IMG/VR virus record: IMGVR_UViG_3300029258_004006
Strand: one strand, 5' to 3'
Length of the DNA: 64,000 bases
DNA from: a virus
In this document: piece after piece, positions 18,058-27,834 of the stretch
Numbering within the stretch: the first letter of the stretch is position 1
Layout: every line of letters starts with the position of its first letter
Notes under the pieces: model-generated
Database searches by the model: none
Seen by the model: the letters and a program-made list of their open reading frames with translations, nothing else
What the model was told of the DNA's origin: nothing
Translations under genes and position numbers: made by a program

Positions 18058-21000
18058 TTAGTAAACACCCTGTTCATCCGGGACCAAATAACGACCCAGG
18101 ACCGGTGCGATGAACGCTTGAGCAGGAGTAATCTCTCCAAAACCAGACCGATTTACACCGGTAAACAATTTGAGGACACCTGCATCATTGACCAGGTTAA
18201 CCAAGGCGACTAGACCCGAAGTAATAGGAGGTAGACCAGTGAGAGTAGCCCTACCAGCCTGCGGGGTAGACCAAGTAACACGAGTTACTGATTCGTCTAT
18301 GTTTTCCACAGAGTTGGGGAATACATCGGTCCAGGTACCCATGACATCTTCATAGAACTTGGCAGTCACAACACGTGTGCCGAATCCATGTGTGATGGTC
18401 CATACGGTAGATGGAATGGTTTGATTATGAACCAATTGACTACCGGTGTCACTCTTAGGCTCAAGCAAGTCACCCTTGGGATAAGCAAGAGCGGTTACCT
18501 TATCGATCCACACCCCGGCTATAGGAATATCTGACACGAAGGGATAAGACTTCAAGTCCATGACTGCGGTATCACCACGCACATACAGGGATGGGTCAAG
18601 AGCAGCGTTGCGACCAGCATCACCAATGATGTGTTTAACACCACCGAACTGAGGGAAGACCTGACCAATGGGGGTCAAGTAATTGGCACCCGGATTAGCT
18701 GTACCATCTGTTGTGGCTATAAAGCGACCTTCAGATAAGAAGTAAAGCTGATCAGCGGTAGCTGTGGAGAGAAGCTGGAATTGTTCTTGTCTGGGCAACA
18801 TGTTGTACCAGACTCGAATTATATCTGATTGATCCAGGTGACGGCTTTGGATTACACCTAGGTAAGCACTAGGTGCCACACCTGTTACCAGACTACCGTT
18901 TCGTGTTCCCGTGGTGGTTTGATAAACAAAGCTGCCTACCTCCAAGTTGCCTCCGGCTGGAACCGGACCAACTCGATCACGGGTTAACATGCGAACGAAG
19001 CCACGCATTCCCGGACGCCAATCAAGATAAACCTGACCTGGTTCCATGGGATGAATGGTCAGGGTATCGCCCGGATTAATGGCTCCACTAAAAGCACTAT
19101 CAACCTCGACTTCTTGCGTGGTGTGATCATAGGCAATGATGAGACGAAGCTCTCCAGCCGAACCGGTAGACGAGCCAATAACCTGTAACCATTCACCCAC
19201 GTACGATCCAGCAACAGTAGAACCGCTGGTCAAGATGACATGCGTAGGAGCACCACCGGGTGTGGAGCTAGTGGCAACGCCATTGAAAGTAAAGTTATCC
19301 AGATTAACCAAGTCCCCATCGATAAGGGGATAAGCAGTAGAACCATCTTCAGCTAGAAGGGGCAGGCCCTCGGTAACGTGGCGGAAACCACCGCCAGCGG
19401 GATAAAGAATTTGACACCAGATTACGCAAGTTTCACCGGAGTGAGCAGCGTGATCAGTTACATCGACCACACAAGCTGCTGAACTAGTGCCCAGGCCGCT
19501 CCAAGGAGTTGACAGAACCACTGACGAAATGTTACCTGATGCGTCCACCCAATGCATAATTGGGGCTGTAGTATGGACATATGGGTCTCCGCTCAGAGAA
19601 GTTGTATTCAGAGTAACTGCTCGACTGGAGGGGTCATATGTCAGGAGATTAGCGGGATTTTCTGAGCCAGGTAGACCTTGAGTAAAGCGGCTCACCATAT
19701 CCATGAGATTAGCTTTATCTGACCAGTGATTTCGGCAGTTGTCTGGGAACATGGTCAGAGAAGCATCATTACCCTCATCCAGCCAAACACCGACTTGGTG
19801 TCCAGCACCGAAAGGATTGTTAGTCCCAATGCCCCCGCCTGTTAGCATGTTGGTACCTCGGATACCATTTCCAGAGATGGCACCAGAAGCAACACCAAAC
19901 TCATCCTCTCCCCAATCCACCACGTTTTGGCCAGACAGTAAAGCCTGCGACATGGATTCCATGATAGTTGAAAGGCCATTCAACAGCACTGTATGACGGA
20001 AGTCACAAATGTCCTGAGGATAGACCACATCAAAGAATTGGGCGTCTGGACGACCGTTCTGGCCACCACCACCGGCTAGACTGCCTTGGGTACCATCAGC
20101 GGTATTCAGGGCAGAACCATTGCCATTGGTATGACTCCAAATGTCTTGGTTACGACGGTGGATACCACACAGAGGAATAGCGTAGACAAAACCATCGACA
20201 GTTTCTAGACCAGAACCAGTTTTGTCTCCAGCCCCACCAGTACCAGCCCGGAATAACATGGTATCACCCAACAGTTCATTCATCTGCTGGAAGATTTTAC
20301 CAGAGACGGGTGCGCCAGTTGCGCCACGTGCCTCAACGGCTGCGTTATCGATACCGAATGGTGTAGCACCGGCTGGATCGAGCCAATCAGCACTGGCTGG
20401 ACCATCAATTACACGAACACGATATCGGATTTGGAAATATTGGCCATTGGTTTGGTGGCCAATGGTACTTACTACGGCAGGATCCACAGGATCAGCAACT
20501 GAGCCACCAACGTAATCAACGTTGCCATACGGGAAGAACGTTGGACTGGTAGTGCTGACTTCTTCCATCCAGACTTCTAGGAAGACCAAGTCCTGCCGAT
20601 ACCCAGTTCCAGGGGCGGCTGACAAAGTAATAGGGAATTCCCAACCGCTGGTATCGTCTTGAATCAACGACAGAAGAGTGCCATTGACCAGAGCCAATGG
20701 TGCTTCTCGGCCAATATCGTGGCGAGCGAGCAGGAATTGATTGGCGACGGTTAGATCACAATAGACACCAGGGAATGCGGGAGTAAGACCAGCAAAGGGT
20801 CTACGTGAACCCAAATTAGTGAAACCGCTCTTACCAAGTGCTTGGGCCAAACCGCGAAGACGACCCAAGGCGTTTTCACCACTAGCAAGTAAACTACTAG
20901 CAGAGGAAACAGGTTCCCAGGCGGAATTGCCACCCACATAGAAAACACCTGCACCAATGTCATACAGGAGCCTACCTAGATCGGCAGGATTACTGTAGGT

Positions 21001-21081
21001 AGGGAGAGAATTAGGTGGAACGGAAGTATCCACCCTCTGGACGATGATTGGCCCAGTTGCTTCAATTTTATGAAACTTCAT
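18058..21081 (-). CDS. large tail fibre / receptor-binding structural protein
   Basis: 1007 aa. N-terminal fibre-like motif GRLLYDIGAGVFYVGGNSAWEPV. Gly/Thr/Ser-rich. C-terminal module VWTITHGFGTRVV...WSTPQAG is shared with 16859-17341. Confidence 0.6.
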   Translation of the reverse strand: MKFHKIEATGPIIVQRVDTSVPPNSLPTYSNPADLGRLLYDIGAGVFYVGGNSAWEPVSSASSLLASGENALGRLRGLAQALGKSGFTNLGSRRPFAGLTPAFPGVYCDLTVANQFLLARHDIGREAPLALVNGTLLSLIQDDTSGWEFPITLSAAPGTGYRQDLVFLEVWMEEVSTTSPTFFPYGNVDYVGGSVADPVDPAVVSTIGHQTNGQYFQIRYRVRVIDGPASADWLDPAGATPFGIDNAAVEARGATGAPVSGKIFQQMNELLGDTMLFRAGTGGAGDKTGSGLETVDGFVYAIPLCGIHRRNQDIWSHTNGNGSALNTADGTQGSLAGGGGQNGRPDAQFFDVVYPQDICDFRHTVLLNGLSTIMESMSQALLSGQNVVDWGEDEFGVASGAISGNGIRGTNMLTGGGIGTNNPFGAGHQVGVWLDEGNDASLTMFPDNCRNHWSDKANLMDMVSRFTQGLPGSENPANLLTYDPSSRAVTLNTTSLSGDPYVHTTAPIMHWVDASGNISSVVLSTPWSGLGTSSAACVVDVTDHAAHSGETCVIWCQILYPAGGGFRHVTEGLPLLAEDGSTAYPLIDGDLVNLDNFTFNGVATSSTPGGAPTHVILTSGSTVAGSYVGEWLQVIGSSTGSAGELRLIIAYDHTTQEVEVDSAFSGAINPGDTLTIHPMEPGQVYLDWRPGMRGFVRMLTRDRVGPVPAGGNLEVGSFVYQTTTGTRNGSLVTGVAPSAYLGVIQSRHLDQSDIIRVWYNMLPRQEQFQLLSTATADQLYFLSEGRFIATTDGTANPGANYLTPIGQVFPQFGGVKHIIGDAGRNAALDPSLYVRGDTAVMDLKSYPFVSDIPIAGVWIDKVTALAYPKGDLLEPKSDTGSQLVHNQTIPSTVWTITHGFGTRVVTAKFYEDVMGTWTDVFPNSVENIDESVTRVTWSTPQAGRATLTGLPPITSGLVALVNLVNDAGVLKLFTGVNRSGFGEITPAQAFIAPVLGRYLVPDEQGVY

Positions 21082-21139
21082 CTAGTTTCTCCTTCGTGGT
21101 AACTTGTCCCGATTCAACACCATGTTGAATCGTCGAAGG
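21082..21139 (-). promoter_or_regulatory. conserved 5' leader RNA motif, copy 1 (SD-sequestering stem plus inner hairpin)
   Basis: Minus strand reads CCTTCGACG-ATTCAACATGGTGTTGAAT-CGGGACAA-GTTACCACGAAGGAG-AAACTAG-ATG. CCTTCG can pair with CGAAGG of the SD. The inner hairpin CGATTCAACA/TGTTGAATCG has 10 bp. Confidence 0.6.
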
Positions 21140-21148
21140 TACATAGAC

Positions 21149-22189
21149 CTAATGGACTGGTTTTTGTTGCCCCTTCCGACGAATAGCTTGATTCAAGGCT
21201 TTGTTCTGTGTGACGAGTTTACGAATTTCAGTTTGTCCGCTTGCTAGACCTTTGAGTATTTCCAGCATCCTATCGATAGATTTCTCCAATCTCTTGATGT
21301 CACCCTTACCCCGGAGAAAATCAAAGAGCCCCGATTGAATAGGAGTGCTTTCTACTATTTCTGATACCGTGGCTAGTTCAGCGTAGATTCGATCCCACGG
21401 ATCTGGATGGCATTCGGCCAGCAACAAACATTGTGAGGCCAATACTGATTTGATAGGCCCGGACTGATTACCAATTACTTGAACTGGGCAATTTAGGGCC
21501 ATGGCTACGTTTTGTGGAGCTTGTTGTTCAAATGGGCTACTGTGCCACTTCCAATACAAAGACCCCGACCCAGGCTGACTGAGCGTGTCCCTGATCTTCT
21601 GGCCATTATCTCGATAAGGGATTTTCTGGGAGCCAAACCAGAATTCGGCGATTTGGGATCCAGTTTGGCCTCGCCAAACATCAAACCCTTTCTTCCTGAT
21701 TTCCTCTAGATCGGGGGTTTGATTGAGGAGGTGATAGGTAGCTTGGCTTGGGGACTCCATCACCTCTAGTACAATGGCATCCCCAGGTAAACCGGGGAAT
21801 TCGACCAACAAACGATTTGGGAACCCTTTGGTTTTCTGTCCCAGAAACCTGGACTCCCGAAGTGGTTTCGGACCGATCATCTGTCTAACTGATTCAATAA
21901 TCGGGGTTGCCCAGTTTTTTGGATTGGAAGAGACCACACGGCGCTGCTCACCAGCCAAAGTGATAACAGCCGAAAGGCTTTTATTTTTTTGTAATAGAAC
22001 AACCAAATCACTAGGACGAAAATGGACACCAACTTCAAAAGGTTTCTTGCCCACAGCCGCTTTGTATAGCAGAGTGAGTATCCCTTTGTTTTGTTTAGCA
22101 GAATAAATCTCGGCTTGGTTAGTGACCAGCCTTATTTCGCGGAGCAAGGGCTTGACTAAATTGGTTTTGATTCGCTTTAAGACAGTCAT
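21149..22189 (-). CDS. hypothetical protein
   Basis: 346-aa minus ORF. Confidence 0.6.
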   Translation of the reverse strand: MTVLKRIKTNLVKPLLREIRLVTNQAEIYSAKQNKGILTLLYKAAVGKKPFEVGVHFRPSDLVVLLQKNKSLSAVITLAGEQRRVVSSNPKNWATPIIESVRQMIGPKPLRESRFLGQKTKGFPNRLLVEFPGLPGDAIVLEVMESPSQATYHLLNQTPDLEEIRKKGFDVWRGQTGSQIAEFWFGSQKIPYRDNGQKIRDTLSQPGSGSLYWKWHSSPFEQQAPQNVAMALNCPVQVIGNQSGPIKSVLASQCLLLAECHPDPWDRIYAELATVSEIVESTPIQSGLFDFLRGKGDIKRLEKSIDRMLEILKGLASGQTEIRKLVTQNKALNQAIRRKGQQKPVH

Positions 22190-22197
22190 TATAAGAC

Positions 22198-22779
22198 CTA
22201 CTTATTGGGGGTACCGATTGGACCCTCGGTCCGTTCCCTTGCCCATTTTCCACTATAACCTTTACCCCAGGTATTAGTGCCTTGGCGGAAAGTACGTCCA
22301 CCCATTGTACGAACTTGCATCCGACGATCACGAGCAGACATACCCGCCATGCCTTTGCCAAAACGACCCTGAGGACTGGTATTCCATCCGCGTCCCAAGT
22401 AGCTACGTTCGAATGGCTGGTGGGGCATGGTAGCTACGAATCCAATATAATGTAATTGGTTATCGAATAGCCCCTTTTCAATACCCACTCGAAGCTTGTC
22501 ATACAACAGAGCAATTTTGTTGAGAGGATTCATGCCCACTTCGATCACAATAGGATCTGAAGCGAACTGGACTGCTGCTCTTGCTGGCCACGGCATAGTT
22601 CCGTGCTCAAATCGCATAGCAGACATCCAGTGGTGTGGAATGTCCTTGAATTGCGCACTGAGAGTATACTGCGGCATCATCAGATAGAAGATACCCCAGT
22701 CATTATGGAATCCCTCAAATATGGGATTCGGAATATGCTGTAGTTGCAAATCAGGACGAATAGTGAGGGTCTGTGACAT
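22198..22779 (-). CDS. hypothetical structural-module protein
   Basis: ATG at 22779 (MSQTLTIRPD) sits directly after leader copy 2. The track ORF starts 39 nt earlier, inside the leader. Confidence 0.6.
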   Translation of the reverse strand: MSQTLTIRPDLQLQHIPNPIFEGFHNDWGIFYLMMPQYTLSAQFKDIPHHWMSAMRFEHGTMPWPARAAVQFASDPIVIEVGMNPLNKIALLYDKLRVGIEKGLFDNQLHYIGFVATMPHQPFERSYLGRGWNTSPQGRFGKGMAGMSARDRRMQVRTMGGRTFRQGTNTWGKGYSGKWARERTEGPIGTPNK

Positions 22780-22832
22780 ACTAAAAACTCCTTCGTGGTA
22801 ACTTTGTCCCGGCACCACTTAGCCGTCGAAGG
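22780..22832 (-). promoter_or_regulatory. conserved 5' leader RNA motif, copy 2
   Basis: Minus strand reads CCTTCGACG-GCTAAGTGGTGC-CGGGACAAAGTTACCACGAAGGAG-TTTTTAGT-ATG. The three conserved blocks match copy 1. The inner hairpin has a different sequence but can still pair (CGGC/GCCG). Confidence 0.6.
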
Positions 22833-22838
22833 AAAGGG

Positions 22839-24107
22839 TTATTGTGATTGTTGTTCTATATAAGTCTTAATTCTGTTTACAAATTGCTTATAATTGGTCT
22901 TCCCCTCCGTAAAGACAAACACTCTATAGCCTGCTTTTTTCAATTTCGACATTTTAGTTTTAATAGCCTGTTGTCTTTTCTTATCCCCATAGAGGAAATC
23001 GGACTGGTGCGCGGTTCCATCATACTCCACCACCAGGTTTAATTTGTGATTAATGGCATCTACGACTGCCCGAAGATTATCTATGCCAGGGGATTTCCTT
23101 CGTTCAAAAAGAACACCTGTATCACGTTGCAAAGTGCTGATAAATGTTTCTTCGGCTCCACTACTAATCTTGGTCAGACCTAATCGCCGAATAAACTCTG
23201 ACCAATTCCCAAAGACATGTTCTGCATGGGCAGCAGTGTACCGTTTACTATGTTTGTTAAAGAGGGGACGAGTCAAGAACTCTCTTCCCGTGTCTTGCTT
23301 GATCAGTTTTACGATCCGGCGACCTTCCAACATCAAAGCCATATCTGGCTTCACCAAGGAACGGTCCATAATTTTGTGTGTTTTGACATCTTGAGTTTTG
23401 GTGATATAAGTGGTGTGTTGTTCCGGTACAAAAACATCTTCCCACCCCTTAGTGGTTTTACACCGAAAAATGTACCCCAACCGAGCGTGGCCATCTAGTA
23501 GAACAACTGAGTGTTTCTCATCAGCTTTCTTAGTTTTACGAAGTTTATGGCCTTTTCGTAAACTTAACTTGGTTTGAATCCGGTCACGACCCGTATTGAG
23601 GCCATAAGCGATAGCCTCTGGTACCCACACCTTAATTTTGTCGTCTACGAATTGAACTTGAACCAAACCACGTTTGGGATTAAAATCAATTGTCTTTGCC
23701 CAGAACCATGCTAATCCACCTGTCTTAGCAGCTACGGGATTGTCATTTTTATCGAGCCAGATTTTGACCTTCTTATTTAAGGATCGTTTAAGAGTCCACT
23801 TACGGGCCTTGTCTTGAACTACTCGATAAACTGTCATAGGACGAATAGTAGAGTATTCACCACCAGGACTAGCCATTCCTACTGCCATCGCTTGGAGATC
23901 ATGGCGAGTATAAAATCCTGGAGCAGGACCAAGCCCAATCTTCTCTAAAGCCTCGACAAACCGAGAGAATTGACTCCGCTTGGGAAACCTATGCACATAT
24001 TCTGGCCAAGTAGTAGAGGTGGTGGGTCGACCTTTTCCCGGCCAATCCAAAAACTCTTCTAGGTGAATACTGGTACCTATGCGTTGTAGTAGCTGAGTGA
24101 AAGTCAT
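22839..24107 (-). CDS. protein with C-terminal PD-(D/E)XK (DUF559/Vsr-like) endonuclease-like domain
   Basis: C-terminus AVVDAINHKLNLVVEYDGTAHQ...LKKAGYRVFVFTE fits the D...(I/V)E.DG..H...G..V..F pattern of Vsr/DUF559 nucleases. Possible homing endonuclease. Confidence 0.45.
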   Translation of the reverse strand: MTFTQLLQRIGTSIHLEEFLDWPGKGRPTTSTTWPEYVHRFPKRSQFSRFVEALEKIGLGPAPGFYTRHDLQAMAVGMASPGGEYSTIRPMTVYRVVQDKARKWTLKRSLNKKVKIWLDKNDNPVAAKTGGLAWFWAKTIDFNPKRGLVQVQFVDDKIKVWVPEAIAYGLNTGRDRIQTKLSLRKGHKLRKTKKADEKHSVVLLDGHARLGYIFRCKTTKGWEDVFVPEQHTTYITKTQDVKTHKIMDRSLVKPDMALMLEGRRIVKLIKQDTGREFLTRPLFNKHSKRYTAAHAEHVFGNWSEFIRRLGLTKISSGAEETFISTLQRDTGVLFERRKSPGIDNLRAVVDAINHKLNLVVEYDGTAHQSDFLYGDKKRQQAIKTKMSKLKKAGYRVFVFTEGKTNYKQFVNRIKTYIEQQSQ

Positions 24108-24982
24108 TAGTACATCACATCAATAGGAACATCGAATTCGTCTTCCAGAGCGATTTTGAGACGACTGTCTCGATACCCGGAAATCCAGTAGAGATAGACG
24201 ACTTCATTCTTTCTCTTCAACCATCGCTTGATTTGATCTAGTTTAACCAAGCGATGTTGGGATTTACCAAAGAAAATTATTGCACGAACTGCGTGCCCAC
24301 CCGTACTAAGTTGAAGTTTTTCAATTCCCTCGTAATCTTCTATGATGGTTTGTGGATCGTAGTGATCACCCATCAAAGCATAGCTGTGTCCACCGGCTAA
24401 GCCCTTTTTGAAAGGGGGCGCACCTTTAATTTCAATCCAGTGAGAATCAATTGTCTTAGGAAGACGGGTGGCAAAAGCCCGAGGGACCCTAAAAGTCTGA
24501 TAAGACCTACCGTCTTCGGCTTTGTTGCCCCTCCTCAGAGGCTTCTTAACGACCGCCGATGCCGTTGTATCTAGTTTTTTAGTTAAACTTTCTACCTCTC
24601 GAAAGAGGGTGGGGAGAAAAGCCCGTTTGTCTTTGGGTTTGATCACCCTCTTTTGAGTATTAATAGAAATTACAGCCTTAGTGATTTTAGGATCACCACG
24701 AGAAGGATGACGCATTTCTGCCCGTGACACGTGGATGTGAAATTCGATGAGTTGAATTCGCTTACGCCATTCTGCTTTTAAGTAAGCAGAAAACACCCTG
24801 CCATCGTATTCCAAAGGATCCCGAATATCGATATCCTGAAACCCAAGTCTCTGTAATTCAATAACTAATGGTCGCAAATAGTCAAGAGTGTATTGTTCCA
24901 GTAAAGACTCAATAAGGTTTTCCACCGTTTGAGTCGTAGCGGTCAGATAAGCAACGGCTGTACTAAACATACTAAACCCCAA
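24107..24982 (-). CDS. hypothetical protein
   Basis: 291-aa ORF. Start and stop abut the neighbours. Confidence 0.6.
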   Translation of the reverse strand: MGFSMFSTAVAYLTATTQTVENLIESLLEQYTLDYLRPLVIELQRLGFQDIDIRDPLEYDGRVFSAYLKAEWRKRIQLIEFHIHVSRAEMRHPSRGDPKITKAVISINTQKRVIKPKDKRAFLPTLFREVESLTKKLDTTASAVVKKPLRRGNKAEDGRSYQTFRVPRAFATRLPKTIDSHWIEIKGAPPFKKGLAGGHSYALMGDHYDPQTIIEDYEGIEKLQLSTGGHAVRAIIFFGKSQHRLVKLDQIKRWLKRKNEVVYLYWISGYRDSRLKIALEDEFDVPIDVMY

Positions 24983-26315
24983 TTACGAATCCGGAGTCCG
25001 TGACCCCAATGTCAGAGTGTAAGTAGCCCTCATTAACATGTGGCCAATAAGGTTTCATGATAGGTGGCTCAAACAGAATGTCATAGTCCTGCCACAACCG
25101 ATCATCATTAGCCACTAACAGGACACTGAATTGCATATACCCGAGGGGTAAACTAGGTTGCAATCCCGAAATAGCAACTGGGGCTCCTGTTTCACTGCGA
25201 ATAGTTACCCGAATTGATTCAACGGGTTTCTCCAATAGGGAAGGCCCTAAAAACCGCAGAACCTCTTGCCCAGAAAAGGTTCTCTCTTGTATGGGATTGG
25301 GATAGAACTGTACCTGGATACTAGCAGTCTGATTACAACGAACGCTGGCCAGGTAGTAATCTACCTGATGATTAGGCCAAACAGGATTACAAGTAGTTTC
25401 GATTGTACAAGAGTGATCTGTAGTGGTAGCGGGATGCATCCACAAGTTGCTACCATCAAAGTCCAGTTCACCCCGAAGTAAATCCCAAAGAAGCATGTTT
25501 CCTGCATCGATGGGTTGGTTTAAAACGACCAACTCTTGCTTGGTACCTGGCGGTGTTAATTCCTGCTCAAAGAACAGGGCTTTAGTGGGACTGTATAAGC
25601 GAACAGTCCAGTAGCAGGTATAGTCCAGTTTCAAGTGGGTAGCTATCGGCAATTCCAAAATGAAGGGACTCTGCGGCAGGTTATTCATCAACAGAAACTG
25701 TTCGCTCTCATAGTAAGGAGAGGCTAACAGATAAACCTCTTGGTCTAAATCCTTGTTGTGGATGATCTGCCGAACTATCAGTTCTGTTTCATCTTCCCCA
25801 TAGTTGACCCGCTCGACTTCAAAAATTGAATCCCCGATTTGGACTCGGTCATGGCGAATGAAAGGATAACCACCATCAGACAGAGAAGGACGCACTCGAA
25901 AAGCGTGGTCCGAGATGATGTCTACCAATTCTAGGGGGGCGGCTGCTAAGTTAGCCCAAAACTGGTTACTAACTTCCTCTCTTAAGCCTGGGGTAATCAC
26001 ACAAGCCCCGGTGGAATCAGTCCCCTCATAGGTGTGTTGATTACCGTTGATGTCCAAAATCGAGCCTGGGTCAGCCCCACAACTATTGAAAAAACGGACT
26101 GTGGAATTACCCACGGGATACATGGCGTCAAAACGATTGCTAGTTCCTGGCCCCATCACGATAGGATTAGACCCCACCGTTTTCAGAAACCTCCCTCTTG
26201 TAAGAGAGAAATCCGAAATACACAGTTGGTGGAAGTTACCCCGGTAAATGGGTAAAACTTCCACCAACGGTATAACGGATTGGTCTAATTCTTTCTTAAG
26301 AAAAGAAGAAGGCAA
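24972..26315 (-). CDS. hypothetical structural protein
   Basis: 447-aa ORF in the virion module. Confidence 0.65.
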   Translation of the reverse strand: MPSSFLKKELDQSVIPLVEVLPIYRGNFHQLCISDFSLTRGRFLKTVGSNPIVMGPGTSNRFDAMYPVGNSTVRFFNSCGADPGSILDINGNQHTYEGTDSTGACVITPGLREEVSNQFWANLAAAPLELVDIISDHAFRVRPSLSDGGYPFIRHDRVQIGDSIFEVERVNYGEDETELIVRQIIHNKDLDQEVYLLASPYYESEQFLLMNNLPQSPFILELPIATHLKLDYTCYWTVRLYSPTKALFFEQELTPPGTKQELVVLNQPIDAGNMLLWDLLRGELDFDGSNLWMHPATTTDHSCTIETTCNPVWPNHQVDYYLASVRCNQTASIQVQFYPNPIQERTFSGQEVLRFLGPSLLEKPVESIRVTIRSETGAPVAISGLQPSLPLGYMQFSVLLVANDDRLWQDYDILFEPPIMKPYWPHVNEGYLHSDIGVTDSGFVIGV

Positions 26316-26323
26316 AATGGATC

Positions 26324-26914
26324 CTATCCATTGGATGTGAGATGACGAACCACATAGTTAATAGTAACCGAAGCTCGAACGGCGGGGTCAGATTCTGCCC
26401 CAAATTCATCGAGGGTCTTTTCTGTAAACCAACAACCACGATAGGTCCAAACACGATGATTGCCGTTTCCGCGCATCCAGACTTCATTACACTGGAAAGC
26501 TTGGGTTTGATCGCAAAGGTCGGACCATTCGACTGTCGGGTTGTCACGACCTTGGCCAACTGGGGCAAACCCCTGATCAACCGAGGCACCAAAAATGGTT
26601 TCTACTTCAGACAACCAGGTTTCAACGCGAGTACAAGTAATCTGACGACCAGATTCTTTACCAGGAACATAATCGATTGGACGGCCCCACGTTTGACTAT
26701 TCAGCTCGTAAATGTGTATACCTTCACGAGAAGCAAACGTAGGATTCCACCCTTGAATCCGACCAATGATCTCACCAGCCGCACCATTGGCCCCAACTTG
26801 AATGGAGATGCCGTGGTAAGTTTTGGTCATGTCCAGAACAACAGTCTGGTCAGCGGCGCCAGTTTGGACACCAAAAGTATTGGCTGCTGGATGCGGTGTG
26901 GCTTGAGCTGCCAA
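26324..26914 (-). CDS. hypothetical structural protein
   Basis: 196-aa ORF with a strong SD (AAGGAGG) before its TTG start. Size is compatible with a tube or major tail protein, but this is unproven. Confidence 0.6.
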   Translation of the reverse strand: MAAQATPHPAANTFGVQTGAADQTVVLDMTKTYHGISIQVGANGAAGEIIGRIQGWNPTFASREGIHIYELNSQTWGRPIDYVPGKESGRQITCTRVETWLSEVETIFGASVDQGFAPVGQGRDNPTVEWSDLCDQTQAFQCNEVWMRGNGNHRVWTYRGCWFTEKTLDEFGAESDPAVRASVTINYVVRHLTSNG

Positions 26915-26944
26915 GGTACACCTCCTTATTCTAGAGAACTAACC

Positions 26945-27160
26945 TTATTTCGTAGGCATCCCGGTTGTCGCGTGGGGCGAATATCCGGCTGCTAGAAGAC
27001 GGCTAATAGAAATCGCTACGTCAGCGGGAATTTCTGCGTAATTACTCTTTTGCAAAGTATCAGTCAAAACACAATTGGTAGGTGGAGTATATGGGCTACC
27101 GTCGTCATATACAACATGACCAACCCATTCGATATTAACGGTATTGAAAATTAGTCGCAT
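26945..27160 (-). CDS. small hypothetical protein
   Basis: 71-aa ORF. Confidence 0.45.
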   Translation of the reverse strand: MRLIFNTVNIEWVGHVVYDDGSPYTPPTNCVLTDTLQKSNYAEIPADVAISISRLLAAGYSPHATTGMPTK

Positions 27161-27229
27161 CCATTTTCTCCTGTTATTGAATTAGCGACTGGAACTAGTA
27201 AATTTCCTAAATACGCTACGACCGAACTC

Positions 27230-27814
27230 TCAACTGTTCGATGCCCTCAACTCATCTCGCAAAGCAGTGTCGCCGTATTCTTTTTCATCCTGAGCCAATG
27301 AGGCTTGGATTACCAACTGAGATGGACGACCCGTTTGCTTGAAGTGTTGCAGCTTAGTTAGGAAATTGGTAAACCGGGATACATCTAGAGTGGGCGATTT
27401 CTCGCCTAGTCCAAGAGCATACCGCAAAATGGTCTCGGGAGTCACATCCATACGCTCTTGTGGGGAAGTATATGGTGCTGTTCGTTCTCCCTGTGATCGT
27501 AATTGATCGGCTTGGGAAAGCAATTTTGCTGCTTTCTTTTCCATCGCACTGGCGAGTTGCAATAATTTGCTGGACATTCGAATATTCTCCGATTTAATTT
27601 TAGGTTGTGACCAACCCTGGGGAAGTTCCCTATTTCTTGATACTTCAATTCGTTTGTAGATATCAGTAGCTAAGCCATAGGCGTTGGCCTTTTTTAAGAC
27701 CTGCTTGGCTTCTTCATGGGAAAGAATCTTACGTTTAGCGATGGAAGAAGCAGCAGCCTTAACTGCTTTTTTCCAACTCTCCTCGTTTCTTTTTGTTTTG
27801 ACAAATGCTGGCAT
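27230..27814 (-). CDS. hypothetical protein
   Basis: 194-aa ORF with ATG at 27814. Confidence 0.6.
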   Translation of the reverse strand: MPAFVKTKRNEESWKKAVKAAASSIAKRKILSHEEAKQVLKKANAYGLATDIYKRIEVSRNRELPQGWSQPKIKSENIRMSSKLLQLASAMEKKAAKLLSQADQLRSQGERTAPYTSPQERMDVTPETILRYALGLGEKSPTLDVSRFTNFLTKLQHFKQTGRPSQLVIQASLAQDEKEYGDTALRDELRASNS

Positions 27815-27834
27815 ATACTTTCAGATTTTAAAAG

